Source of the DNA: Pseudomonadota bacterium
Lineage (GTDB): Bacteria; Pseudomonadota; Gammaproteobacteria; Burkholderiales; Burkholderiaceae_C
NCBI GenBank assembly: GCA_040388905.1
Contig: JAZKAY010000002.1
Span: 188,054-252,053 of the forward strand
Direction of reading: 5' to 3'
Length of the DNA: 64,000 nt
The position numbers and the translations under genes are program-made. Positions 10,187-18,417 of this stretch are shown one piece after another (within the stretch, counting starts at the first letter, position 1; the number at the start of each line of letters is the position of its first letter). The notes under the pieces were generated by a model. That model saw only the letters and a list, made by a program, of their open reading frames with translations, had not been told where the DNA came from and made no database searches.

Positions 10187-11167
10187 ATGAACGGAAAAAT
10201 CGGTCTGGAAGAGCACTTTGCGATTCCTGAAACGCTTCAGGACTCGGCTGGCTTTGTGCCTGGTGAATACTGGAAAGAACTCAGCAAGCGCTTGCTGGAC
10301 ATGCAGGAATACCGCCTGCGCGAGATGGATGCCAATGGCATGGAGATGATGATCCTGTCGCTCAACGCGCCCGCAGTGCAGGCGATTCCCTCGCCGCAGA
10401 AGGCCAACGAGATTGCCATGCGTGCGAACGACTTCCTCGCCGAACAGGTGGCCAAGCGCCCGACACGTTTCCAGGCATTTGCCGCGCTGCCTTTGCAGGA
10501 CCCGGACATGGCCACGCGCGAGATGGAGCGTTGCGTCAAGCAGCTGGGATTCAAGGGCGCGCTGGTCAATGGTTTTTCGCAAACCAACACGCCGGAAAAC
10601 TGTGTGTATTACGACGCGCCGCAGTTTGCCGGTTTTTGGGACGTCGTTGAAAAGCTGGATGTGCCTTTTTACCTGCATCCACGCAACCCGATTGGTGCCT
10701 GGGCCCAAATCTATGACGGCCACCCCTGGCTGATGGGCCCGACCTGGGCGTTTGGCCAGGAGACGGCGGTGCACGCCTTGCGCCTGATGGCTTCAGGCCT
10801 GTTCGACAGGCATCCCAAACTTCAGATCATCCTCGGCCACATGGGTGAAGGCCTGCCTTACAGCATGTGGCGCATAGACAACCGCAACGCATGGGTTGAA
10901 CTGCCAAAGACCTACCCCGCCAAAAAGACTTTTGGTGAGTATTTCCAGAATAATTTTTACATCACCACTTCTGGCAATTTTCGCACCCAGACCCTGATTG
11001 ACGCGATGCTCGAAATCGGCGCCGACCGCATCCTGTTCTCGACAGACTGGCCTTTTGAGAATGTGGATCATGCTGCGAAGTGGTTCGATTCAGCCTCCAT
11101 CAGCGAGGCGGATCGCATCAAGATAGGCCGCACCAACGCAGCGCAGCTGTTCAAGCTGGACATCTGA
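10187..11167 (+). CDS. amidohydrolase-2 family non-oxidative decarboxylase, most like gamma-resorcylate (2,6-dihydroxybenzoate) decarboxylase
   Basis: AGGAGA lies 6 nt before ATG 10187. The sequence MNGKIGLEEHFAIPETLQDSAGFVPGEYWKEL...PFYLHPRNP...ILGHMGEGLPY...FSTDWPFE is colinear with the Rhizobium GRDC sequence as I remember it. Confidence 0.85.
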   Translation: MNGKIGLEEHFAIPETLQDSAGFVPGEYWKELSKRLLDMQEYRLREMDANGMEMMILSLNAPAVQAIPSPQKANEIAMRANDFLAEQVAKRPTRFQAFAALPLQDPDMATREMERCVKQLGFKGALVNGFSQTNTPENCVYYDAPQFAGFWDVVEKLDVPFYLHPRNPIGAWAQIYDGHPWLMGPTWAFGQETAVHALRLMASGLFDRHPKLQIILGHMGEGLPYSMWRIDNRNAWVELPKTYPAKKTFGEYFQNNFYITTSGNFRTQTLIDAMLEIGADRILFSTDWPFENVDHAAKWFDSASISEADRIKIGRTNAAQLFKLDI

Positions 11168-11252
11168 TCGCGTGAGGGGTTTGGTCGCCAGTTTGCTGAG
11201 CCCCCGCACCAGCAAATCAGTCAATGCAAATTAAAAGTTACAGGAGACAAAC

Positions 11253-12245
11253 ATGACATCATTTACCACGCGCCGCAAGCTTGGCCTGTTCGCGGCAGCC
11301 TTCGCTGCCACCCTCGGTCTTGGCCTCAGTACTTCGGCGCTCGCCCAGGTCTGGCCCAACAAACCCGTGCGCATGATCGTGCCCTTCCCGGCAGGCGCCA
11401 CCCCCGATGTCATCGCCCGCCTTGTCGCCGACAGGCTGGGTACCGCATGGGGCCAGCCCGTTATCGTGGACAACCGCCCTGGTGCAGGTGGCATCCCCGG
11501 CATGAGCGCACTGGTGCGTTCCGCCAATGACGGCTATACCATTGGGTTTATTCCCGCAGCAGTGCTCACCCTGACGCCCGAGCTCTACAAGAACCCCCAG
11601 TTCAACGCCGATACCGATATCGTTCCTGTTGCCGCAGTAGGTACCAGCCCCATGATGATCGTGGTCAATGCCAATTCCGATATCAAGAGCATGGCCGACC
11701 TCGTCAAGGCCTCCAAAGCGCAAGGCGGCAAGCTCACCTTTGCAGCAGCCCAGCTCAACTCTGTCCCCCACCTGACCGGTGAAATGCTGGGCAAGGCCAT
11801 GGGCGCGCCCATGATGGTGGTGCCCTATACCGGCTCCCCGCAAGCGATTACAGCTCTACTGTCCAACGAGGCTGTGGTCACCATTGACGGCATGGCAGCG
11901 CTGGTTCCCAACGTCAAGGCAGGCAAGTTCAGGGCGCTGGCTGTGATGTCCAAAGAGCGCCTGCCGGGCTTTGAATCAGTGCCCGTGGCTGCAGACACCG
12001 TCAGGGGCATCGAGTCGATAGGCTGGTTCTCGATTTACGCACCGACGGGCACGCCCCAGGCGGTGGTGGACAAGGTCAATGCCGACATCAACAAGATTGT
12101 GATGACGCAGGACCTGGTGGCACGCTTTGCCGAGCTGGGTGTGTACCCCAAGACCGGCACGCCAAAACAGCTGGGCGAGTTTGTGACCGAGCAGCGCGGT
12201 GTGTGGAAGAAGGTTGTGACCGACCTGAAGCTGCAAGCCCAGTAA
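11253..12245 (+). CDS. Bug-family (TctC-like) substrate-binding protein
   Basis: CAGGAGA upstream; signal peptide ...STSALAQVWP; Bug-family motifs (VDNRPGAGG, PYTGSPQAITALLSNE). Confidence 0.85.
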   Translation: MTSFTTRRKLGLFAAAFAATLGLGLSTSALAQVWPNKPVRMIVPFPAGATPDVIARLVADRLGTAWGQPVIVDNRPGAGGIPGMSALVRSANDGYTIGFIPAAVLTLTPELYKNPQFNADTDIVPVAAVGTSPMMIVVNANSDIKSMADLVKASKAQGGKLTFAAAQLNSVPHLTGEMLGKAMGAPMMVVPYTGSPQAITALLSNEAVVTIDGMAALVPNVKAGKFRALAVMSKERLPGFESVPVAADTVRGIESIGWFSIYAPTGTPQAVVDKVNADINKIVMTQDLVARFAELGVYPKTGTPKQLGEFVTEQRGVWKKVVTDLKLQAQ

Positions 12246-12248
12246 GCT

Positions 12249-12280
12249 GCGCGGGCATTTAGGCAGTCTGTTGCCCGCGC
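12249..12280. terminator. GC-rich hairpin between convergent genes (possible bidirectional terminator)
   Basis: GCGCGGGCA (12249-12257) pairs with TGCCCGCGC (12272-12280). The stem is 9 bp and the loop 14 nt. There is no clear U-tract. Confidence 0.4.
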
Positions 12281-12300
12281 TGTGTCATGAAGGTCGCCGC

Positions 12301-12837
12301 CTACTCTTCGTGGTCAAGCGGCGCCATGTTGTCATATAACAGCTTGAGCATGTCGCGCAACTGGTCAGCCTGGGCGCTGCTGAAGCCGTTCAGCGACACG
12401 CGTTCGTACAGCTGGGCAATCGGTATGAGTCGCTGGGTGATGTCCATGCCTTCAGGCGTCAGGCTCAATGCCAGCGCGCGTGCGTCGTCGCCAGATCTTT
12501 CCCGGATCAGCAGGCCGCGCTGCATCATGCCATCCACCACCCGTGAAAGGGTGGAGGGCTCGGTTGATGTGTTGAGTGCAACTTCCGACAGGCGCTGGTG
12601 CGGCTTGTGGCTCAGCGTCGAGCACACCCGCCATTCCGTCAGCGTCATGTTGAATTTGCGCATCTCGCGCGTGAAGGACTGGCCCATACGCACACCTGCC
12701 CTTGCGATCAGGTACGGAATGGAGTTCTGCAGGTCGTTGTCGAGTACCGGTCCCGAGGCTGTGCGAGGCCTGATCGTGCGTTTGACGGCGGGCTCTTTTA
12801 AAGGTGATCGTGCAGGCGTGGTCGTTTTTTTGGGCAT
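12301..12837 (-). CDS. MarR family transcriptional regulator
   Basis: ORF 12301-12900; the likely start is ATG 12837 (MPKKTTT...). A winged-helix region is present (LTEWRVCSTLSH...RLSEVALNTSTEPSTLSRVVDGMMQRGLLIRE). Confidence 0.85.
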   Translation of the reverse strand: MPKKTTTPARSPLKEPAVKRTIRPRTASGPVLDNDLQNSIPYLIARAGVRMGQSFTREMRKFNMTLTEWRVCSTLSHKPHQRLSEVALNTSTEPSTLSRVVDGMMQRGLLIRERSGDDARALALSLTPEGMDITQRLIPIAQLYERVSLNGFSSAQADQLRDMLKLLYDNMAPLDHEE

Positions 12838-12937
12838 GGTTGAATGTACCAGCGCTTGCAGATGATGCTTCAAAACTGGATTAACAAGTTGTACCTGCAA
12901 TTGTTTCCGATAAAAAAATCAGCGCAATGGCAATGGA

Positions 12938-12952
12938 AATAGCAGTGCTATT
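12938..12952. promoter_or_regulatory. 15-nt palindrome AATAGCA-G-TGCTATT in the marR / flavin-reductase divergent spacer (candidate MarR operator)
   Basis: Perfect 7-bp arms read directly from the sequence. It lies between the divergent starts at 12837 and 13019. Confidence 0.4.
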
Positions 12953-13018
12953 GCTTCTTTCAAGAGTGTGAACTGGTATGCCGGCCAGGGCCGGCCTTCA
13001 TTTTCCGCAAGGTAATTT

Positions 13019-13555
13019 ATGTATTCATGGGCCCCCATTACTGGTGACGCACCGCAGACGATGGATGCGCAACGCTTTCGCAGGGCGCTGGGCTCTTTTC
13101 CGACAGGCATTTGCCTGGTCACCACGATTGCGGAAGACGGCAAGCGCGAGGGGATGACGATCAACTCGTTTGCATCGGTCTCTCTGGCACCTCCACTGAT
13201 ACTCTGGAGCATCCGCGATGACGCCAGGAGTTCGGATGCATTCCTCACGTCACGGACATTTATCCTGAGTGTTCTTGCCGCCGACCAGGCACAACTGGCC
13301 ATGCATTTCGCCAAACCCGCCCCTGACAAGTTTGAGAGCCATGAGGAGGCTTTCGAGCCGGGCATAGGTGGCTGCCCCCGGCTTAAGCGCAGTGTGGCGA
13401 CTTATGAATGCAGCGTGTACTCGCGTCACCAGGAAGGTGACCACACCATACTGCTGGGCAGGGTGCAGGAGTTCAGTGTTGAAGACCATGCGCCGCTGAT
13501 GTTCCACGCCGGCAAGATGGGTTCGATGAAAGAGCTGGCAACTGACGGGGATTAA
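13019..13555 (+). CDS. flavin reductase (FMN-binding split-barrel), probable reductase partner of the 8842-10110 hydroxylase
   Basis: FRRALGSFPTGICLVTT...EGMTINSFASVSLAPPLILWSI is the classic flavin-reductase-domain motif. An alternative start is ATG 13061. Confidence 0.85.
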   Translation: MYSWAPITGDAPQTMDAQRFRRALGSFPTGICLVTTIAEDGKREGMTINSFASVSLAPPLILWSIRDDARSSDAFLTSRTFILSVLAADQAQLAMHFAKPAPDKFESHEEAFEPGIGGCPRLKRSVATYECSVYSRHQEGDHTILLGRVQEFSVEDHAPLMFHAGKMGSMKELATDGD

Positions 13556-13783
13556 GGCCTGGGTCGGTGGTCGCCTGATGTGTTTGCCGTCACAGTCATG
13601 CCTGGCGTCTGGATATGTTCAGGCCGACGGCTTACGGTAAATGTGTGCTTTTGCTTACAAAGCCGTCAAAGGCGACGCGCAAGTTCATGGGTAGCATCAG
13701 GGCAGGTGGCTTGCAGGTTTGACCGAGGGGGAAAATCCTGCAAGCCAAAATACAAAAATGCACAACCTGCAGAATTCCAGAAA

Positions 13784-15205
13784 ATGAAAAAAATACTTTC
13801 GCGCCGCTTTGCCCTGTGCGCCTCAGCCTTGATGCCAGCGCTGTTTGCAATGAATTCGGCTCATGCCATAGGGGGAACTGAGCCTCTGGTGGACATCCTG
13901 AATGCCCCGGGTAGCGCCGGCCTGGGCTTTGTAACGCGTATCGAGACCTCCCCCTATGTGGGTGGTGGAACCCGTTATGACCTGCTTCCGGTTTACCTGT
14001 ACGAGGGTGACCGGCTCTTCCTGCACGCCAACCGGGCGGGCATCAAGCTCATCAATGAAGGTGATCGCATCAAGACAGGCACAGGCCAGCGGCTTGACCT
14101 GTTTGTGGAGCAGCGGCTGGAGGGCCACCCCATAGGCGACAACCTTCCCCCCAGCCTGGCGGGTATGGCACCACGTGACTCGGGTATTGACCTGGGGCTT
14201 TCCTACCGCTACAGCCAGCGCTGGGGCACGCTCCAGGCGGAGCTGGTCCGCGATGTCGGCAACACCTCCAGGGGCAGCGAGGCGCGGTTGGGTTACAGCT
14301 ACGACTGGCGTTCGGGTGGGCTGCTGTTGCGGCCCACCATCAGCGTATCGCTGCGCGATGCCAAACTCAACAATTATTACTACGGCGTCACGGCGGCCGA
14401 AGTCATTGGTGGCCGGCCAGCCTATGCGCCCGGCTCCGGGGTCAACACACAAATCGGCTTGTATGCCTCCTACGACATCTCGCAACGCTGGCGCCTGTTG
14501 GGCGGCGTGTCGGCCACCTACCTGGACAAGACCATACAAAACAGCCCTATCGTGCAAAAGCGCGTGCTGCCGGCGGTTTATATTGGTGCGGCCTATGACT
14601 TCGGCGGCCACAAGCGCGAGTGGGCGGAAGAGGGCTCGCCAACCTATGTGAAGGTGCTCTACGGCAAGGCGACTGAACCGAATTGCCATCTCGCCAGAAT
14701 CATCACGGCACGCTGCCTGAGCACGGCCAGCACCAACCCGACCTATATCAGCGGCATACAGGTGGGCAAGCCCTTCATCAACAACCTCAACGGCTGGCCG
14801 CTGGACATTTCTGGCCATGTCGGTCTCACCCACCATGATGACCGCGGGCTGCAGTCCAATGGCGTCCAGCTCGACGCCTTCATGAAGGCCACATACACAG
14901 GCTTCCCGTGGAGCGACAGGGTCAAAACCCGCCTGGGCCTGGGTGTCGGGTTGTCGCTTGCGCAGCGCGTGCCCTATACCGAAGTCAGCAGCCAGGCCGG
15001 CAAAACCACTTCACGGCTGCTGAACTACCTTGACCCGACCATTGACATCAGCCTGGGTGACCTGATTGGCTCACGTGCACTGAAGAACACCTATATCGGT
15101 TTCGGCGTGTCGCACCGCTCCGGCATCTTTGGTGCATCGCGCCTGCTGGGCAATGTGAACGGCGGCTCGAATTACCTCTACACCTACCTCGAAACCTCGC
15201 TGTAG
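13784..15205 (+). CDS. outer-membrane protein: N-terminal MipA/OmpV-family domain plus a ~190-aa extra C-terminal beta-rich domain (PagL/acyloxyacyl-hydrolase-like?)
   Basis: ORF 13580-15205. The start was moved to ATG 13784 (MKKILSRRFALCASALMPALFAMNSAHA signal). MipA-like strands are present (RYDLLPVYLYEGDRLFL). The C-terminus ends in the aromatic-rich YLYTYLETSL. Confidence 0.75.
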   Translation: MKKILSRRFALCASALMPALFAMNSAHAIGGTEPLVDILNAPGSAGLGFVTRIETSPYVGGGTRYDLLPVYLYEGDRLFLHANRAGIKLINEGDRIKTGTGQRLDLFVEQRLEGHPIGDNLPPSLAGMAPRDSGIDLGLSYRYSQRWGTLQAELVRDVGNTSRGSEARLGYSYDWRSGGLLLRPTISVSLRDAKLNNYYYGVTAAEVIGGRPAYAPGSGVNTQIGLYASYDISQRWRLLGGVSATYLDKTIQNSPIVQKRVLPAVYIGAAYDFGGHKREWAEEGSPTYVKVLYGKATEPNCHLARIITARCLSTASTNPTYISGIQVGKPFINNLNGWPLDISGHVGLTHHDDRGLQSNGVQLDAFMKATYTGFPWSDRVKTRLGLGVGLSLAQRVPYTEVSSQAGKTTSRLLNYLDPTIDISLGDLIGSRALKNTYIGFGVSHRSGIFGASRLLGNVNGGSNYLYTYLETSL

Positions 15206-15215
15206 GGCGAGTGTC

Positions 15216-16445
15216 CTAGCGCGCGGCTGTCAATGCTGGCGTGCGCGCATGGCCTGACCCGGGCAGTGCTTCGGGACTGTTCTTCACATTGCTCGAGGCA
15301 ATCACGCCGCCGCCCAGGCAGACATCGCCCCGGTACAGCACGGCGGACTGTCCTGGCGTGACCGCCCACTGGGCTTGAGCAAAATCAAGTTCGCAGCTTG
15401 TCGGTCCGCTGCTCACAAGAGCGCAGGCGGCGTCTGCCTGTCGATAGCGCGTTTTCGCTGCCAGCCCGCCCGGTCCGGGCGCGCTGCCCGCAACCCAGCT
15501 GCAATCCTGCGCATGCAGTTGTGTGGATTTCAACCACGGGTGATCATGGCCCTGCACCACCCACAAGGTGTTGCTGTCCATGTCCTTTCGCGCCACAAAC
15601 CATGGTTCGTGTTCACCTACACCGCGCTGGCCGCGTGCCTGTGCGGCTTTGAGGTCTGCCCCTTTGGCTTTCACGCCGCCAATGCCCAGGCCCTGGCGCT
15701 GGCCAAGTGTGTAAAACGACAGTCCGACATGTTCACCCAGCACCCGGCCGGTGTCGCTTTTGATGGGGCCAGGCACTTTGGCGATGTAGCGGTTAAGAAA
15801 ATCGCGAAACGGCCGTTCGCCGATAAAACAGATGCCCGTCGAATCCTTCTTCTTCGCATTGGGCAGGCCAATCTCGTCGGCGATGCGCCGCACCTCGGTC
15901 TTGTGCAGCTCACCGACGGGGAACAGGGTTTTTGAAAGCTGCGCCTGGTTGAGCCGGTGCAAAAAGTAGCTCTGGTCCTTGGCCGGGTCCAGCCCCTTGA
16001 GCAGCTCGTGCAGGCCGGTGTTTTCGTTCAGCCTGACCCTCGCATAGTGTCCCGTGGCGATTTTTTCTGCGCCCAGCCGCATGGCGTGGTCCAGAAAGGC
16101 CTTGAACTTGATCTCCGCGTTGCAGAGGATGTCGGGGTTGGGCGTGCGTCCGGCCTGGTATTCGCGCAGGAACTCGGCGAAGACGCGGTCCTTGTAGTCG
16201 GCGGCAAAGTTGACGTGCTCGATCTCTATGCCAATCACATCTGCAACGGCGGCTGCATCCACAAAGTCGACGTTAGACGAGCAGTACTCGCTGTCGTCAT
16301 CATCTTCCCAGTTCTTCATGAAGATGCCGATGACTTCATGGCCCTGCTGTTTGAGCAGATACGCCGTCACGGCAGAGTCCACGCCTCCGCTCAGGCCCAC
16401 GACCACACGCTGCCTTGGCGAAGATGTTGGCATTGATGCAGGCAT
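15216..16445 (-). CDS. mnmA: tRNA 2-thiouridine(34) synthase MnmA
   Basis: PP-loop [28 protein letters not shown] and [11 protein letters not shown]; colinear with MnmA. An alternative start is ATG 16433. Confidence 0.93.
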   Translation of the reverse strand: MPASMPTSSPRQRVVVGLSGGVDSAVTAYLLKQQGHEVIGIFMKNWEDDDDSEYCSSNVDFVDAAAVADVIGIEIEHVNFAADYKDRVFAEFLREYQAGRTPNPDILCNAEIKFKAFLDHAMRLGAEKIATGHYARVRLNENTGLHELLKGLDPAKDQSYFLHRLNQAQLSKTLFPVGELHKTEVRRIADEIGLPNAKKKDSTGICFIGERPFRDFLNRYIAKVPGPIKSDTGRVLGEHVGLSFYTLGQRQGLGIGGVKAKGADLKAAQARGQRGVGEHEPWFVARKDMDSNTLWVVQGHDHPWLKSTQLHAQDCSWVAGSAPGPGGLAAKTRYRQADAACALVSSGPTSCELDFAQAQWAVTPGQSAVLYRGDVCLGGGVIASSNVKNSPEALPGSGHARTPALTAAR

Positions 16446-16447
16446 TC

Positions 16448-16713
16448 AGGGCCTGTTCCCACTATTTTCAGGAGTGCGAACGCGGTGAAAACTGGGCCCA
16501 TCAAGGCGCGAGACGACGGCAAGGCTACTGCCTTGCCTGGGAGTGCAACGCCGAGTGGCGCTGTTTTCGCCCCGTTCCCTACGGGTTGTGATCAAAAAGG
16601 CCGTGCGCGGCGTTGCAAAGCCTTGCCGGGGTAGACCCCGGCAGCGTTTTGCGCCTTGCGCACAGCCTTTTTGACTCACAACGCATCTCCTGAAAATAGT
16701 GGGAACAGGCCCT
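16448..16713. mobile_element. MITE-like non-coding element with perfect 27-bp terminal inverted repeats
   Basis: AGGGCCTGTTCCCACTATTTTCAGGAG (16448-16474) is the exact reverse complement of 16687-16713. The interior has a further ~90-nt imperfect hairpin (16588-16679) and no credible ORF. Confidence 0.7.
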
Positions 16714-16774
16714 CATTATCCCCGCCTGTCAAAAGCCCCAGGGGGTGCCCGGAATGCGCACGGGTCCTTGTTCG

Positions 16775-17284
16775 CTATGCGTTGTGAAGCGTTACGGTCG
16801 GGTCCGTGGTGATGAGTTCCAGCGGGTAGCGCTTGCCGGCGAGGTAATCCTCTACACACCGAAGCAGCAAAGGGCTGCGATGGGTGTCTGGCTCAGCCTT
16901 GAGTTCGTCGATGTCCATCCATACCGTGCGAACAATCCCTTCGTCCAGCGGCTGCCCTGCAACATGCCCGCCGAGCTCACCGCAGAACGCAAACCGCAGG
17001 TAGGTGATGTCCAGTGGTTCTTCTTTTGCAGAACCCGTGCGTTCAAAACGTGAAAGATAGACGCCAACAATGGCCGTGGGCCTGAAGTGAAAGGCGGTTT
17101 CTTCAAGGGTTTCGCGTATGCAGGCATCAACAGGACTTTCGCCCGGGTCAAGGTGCCCTGCGGGGTTGTTGATCTTCAGGCCATCGCGGGTTTGCTCTTC
17201 GACCAGCAGGAATTTTTGTACGCCATCAATGGTGCGCGCGATGACCGCTGCGACCGTGACATTGGGTTTCCATCGTGAGTTCAT
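16775..17284 (-). CDS. NUDIX hydrolase
   Basis: ORF 16775-17431, start moved to ATG 17284 (MNSRWKPNVTVAAV...). Nudix box GHLDPGESPVDACIRETLEETAF. Confidence 0.88.
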   Translation of the reverse strand: MNSRWKPNVTVAAVIARTIDGVQKFLLVEEQTRDGLKINNPAGHLDPGESPVDACIRETLEETAFHFRPTAIVGVYLSRFERTGSAKEEPLDITYLRFAFCGELGGHVAGQPLDEGIVRTVWMDIDELKAEPDTHRSPLLLRCVEDYLAGKRYPLELITTDPTVTLHNA

Positions 17285-17330
17285 GGGGGAAATTATCGGT
17301 TTGGTTTTTGACAGTTTGCGAATGGAAGGC

Positions 17331-18275
17331 TCAGGCCGGCCGGGAAAATCCGTGCGCAAAGCTGATGCGCAGGTGTTCGACAAAACACTGCACGGCCTTG
17401 GGCACCTGCGGCGACCAGGGGCGCAGGGCATAAATGCGTTCGCCGAAAAAGCCCTGCACCTGCCAGTCTGGCAATACGGGTATCAGCTGCGGCTGCCGGC
17501 CAGTTGCCGGGACACTGAAGTCAGGCAGAAGACCGATTCCCAGCCCGGCCAGCAAGGCATCACGAAGCACTTCGCTGTTGTTCGCCTTGAGAATGCCCCT
17601 GACGTTGACGCCTACCAGCTCGGCGGGCGCCTTGCGTTTGCCCGGTCTTGCGAATGTCCAGTTGCCCGCATGGCCGCCCAGGTACAGCAGGCAGTCATGT
17701 GCCGCCAGATCAGACGGGTGTTTTGGCGTGCCATAACGCTTGAGGTAGTCGGGGCTTGCCAGCAGGATGGAGCGCGTTTCACACAGGGTCCAGGCCACAT
17801 GGGTCTCGGGCGGGGTGCTGGTGTGGCGTATGGCCAGGTCAAAGCCCTCGTTGGCCAGATTGACGAAGCGGTCTGTGAGTTCAAGCTCTATCTGGATCTC
17901 GGGGAAGCTTTTGAGAAAGGCAGCAACGCAGGGCGCCAGGTGTTGCCGGCCCAAAGCTACCGGGGCGGTGACGCGGACCAGCCCGCGCGGCGTTCCAGCC
18001 AGGTCGCGTGCGGCACTGTAGCTGTCACTGATCTGCGTAAAGGCCGGCAGCATGTCGTTGACCATTTGCTGGCCGGCCTCGGTCAGGCCCACCGAACGCG
18101 TGGTGCGGCGCACCAGCGACACACCGGCAGAACGTTCCAGTTCGCTGATGCGCATGCTTGCCGACGCCTTGGAAACACCCAGGCGCCTGGCAGTTTCTGT
18201 GAAGCTGCGGGTGGCGGCCAGCACCGTGAGCAGGTGCAGGTCGGCCACCAGCGGGGCGATTTGGTCTGCGGACAT
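17331..18275 (-). CDS. LysR family transcriptional regulator
   Basis: N-terminal HTH (LLTVLAATRSFTETARRLGVSKASASMRISELE) plus a LysR substrate-binding domain. Divergent from mmsA. Confidence 0.9.
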   Translation of the reverse strand: MSADQIAPLVADLHLLTVLAATRSFTETARRLGVSKASASMRISELERSAGVSLVRRTTRSVGLTEAGQQMVNDMLPAFTQISDSYSAARDLAGTPRGLVRVTAPVALGRQHLAPCVAAFLKSFPEIQIELELTDRFVNLANEGFDLAIRHTSTPPETHVAWTLCETRSILLASPDYLKRYGTPKHPSDLAAHDCLLYLGGHAGNWTFARPGKRKAPAELVGVNVRGILKANNSEVLRDALLAGLGIGLLPDFSVPATGRQPQLIPVLPDWQVQGFFGERIYALRPWSPQVPKAVQCFVEHLRISFAHGFSRPA

Positions 18276-18284
18276 GCAGCATTA

Positions 18285-18304
18285 TTGTTCATTTATTTGA
18301 ACAA
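18285..18304. promoter_or_regulatory. LysR-type binding palindrome TTGTTCA-N6-TGAACAA
   Basis: Perfect 7-bp arms, 10 nt from the lysR start codon, in the lysR-mmsA divergent spacer. It fits the T-N11-A architecture of LysR sites. Confidence 0.55.
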
Positions 18305-18417
18305 TGAAGTCAGCAAACACGGGGTTATCAAATTCGTCGCATGGCCATAGACTGGCGCGGTGGGGTTTTCAGCCCCAGTGCCTTCCCCGAGACAAACACC
18401 CTAGCCAAGGACAAATC

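Noticed and set aside
13823-14836. 337-aa ORF antisense to the MipA-family gene. Similar long antisense ORFs occur at 10034-10774, 11259-11843, 20550-21368, 32089-32982, 46966-47808, 58611-59381, 62128-62937 and 270-923.
   Set aside because: Each lies fully within a sense gene that has clear family motifs. They lack start contexts and have the skewed composition of GC-rich antisense frames.
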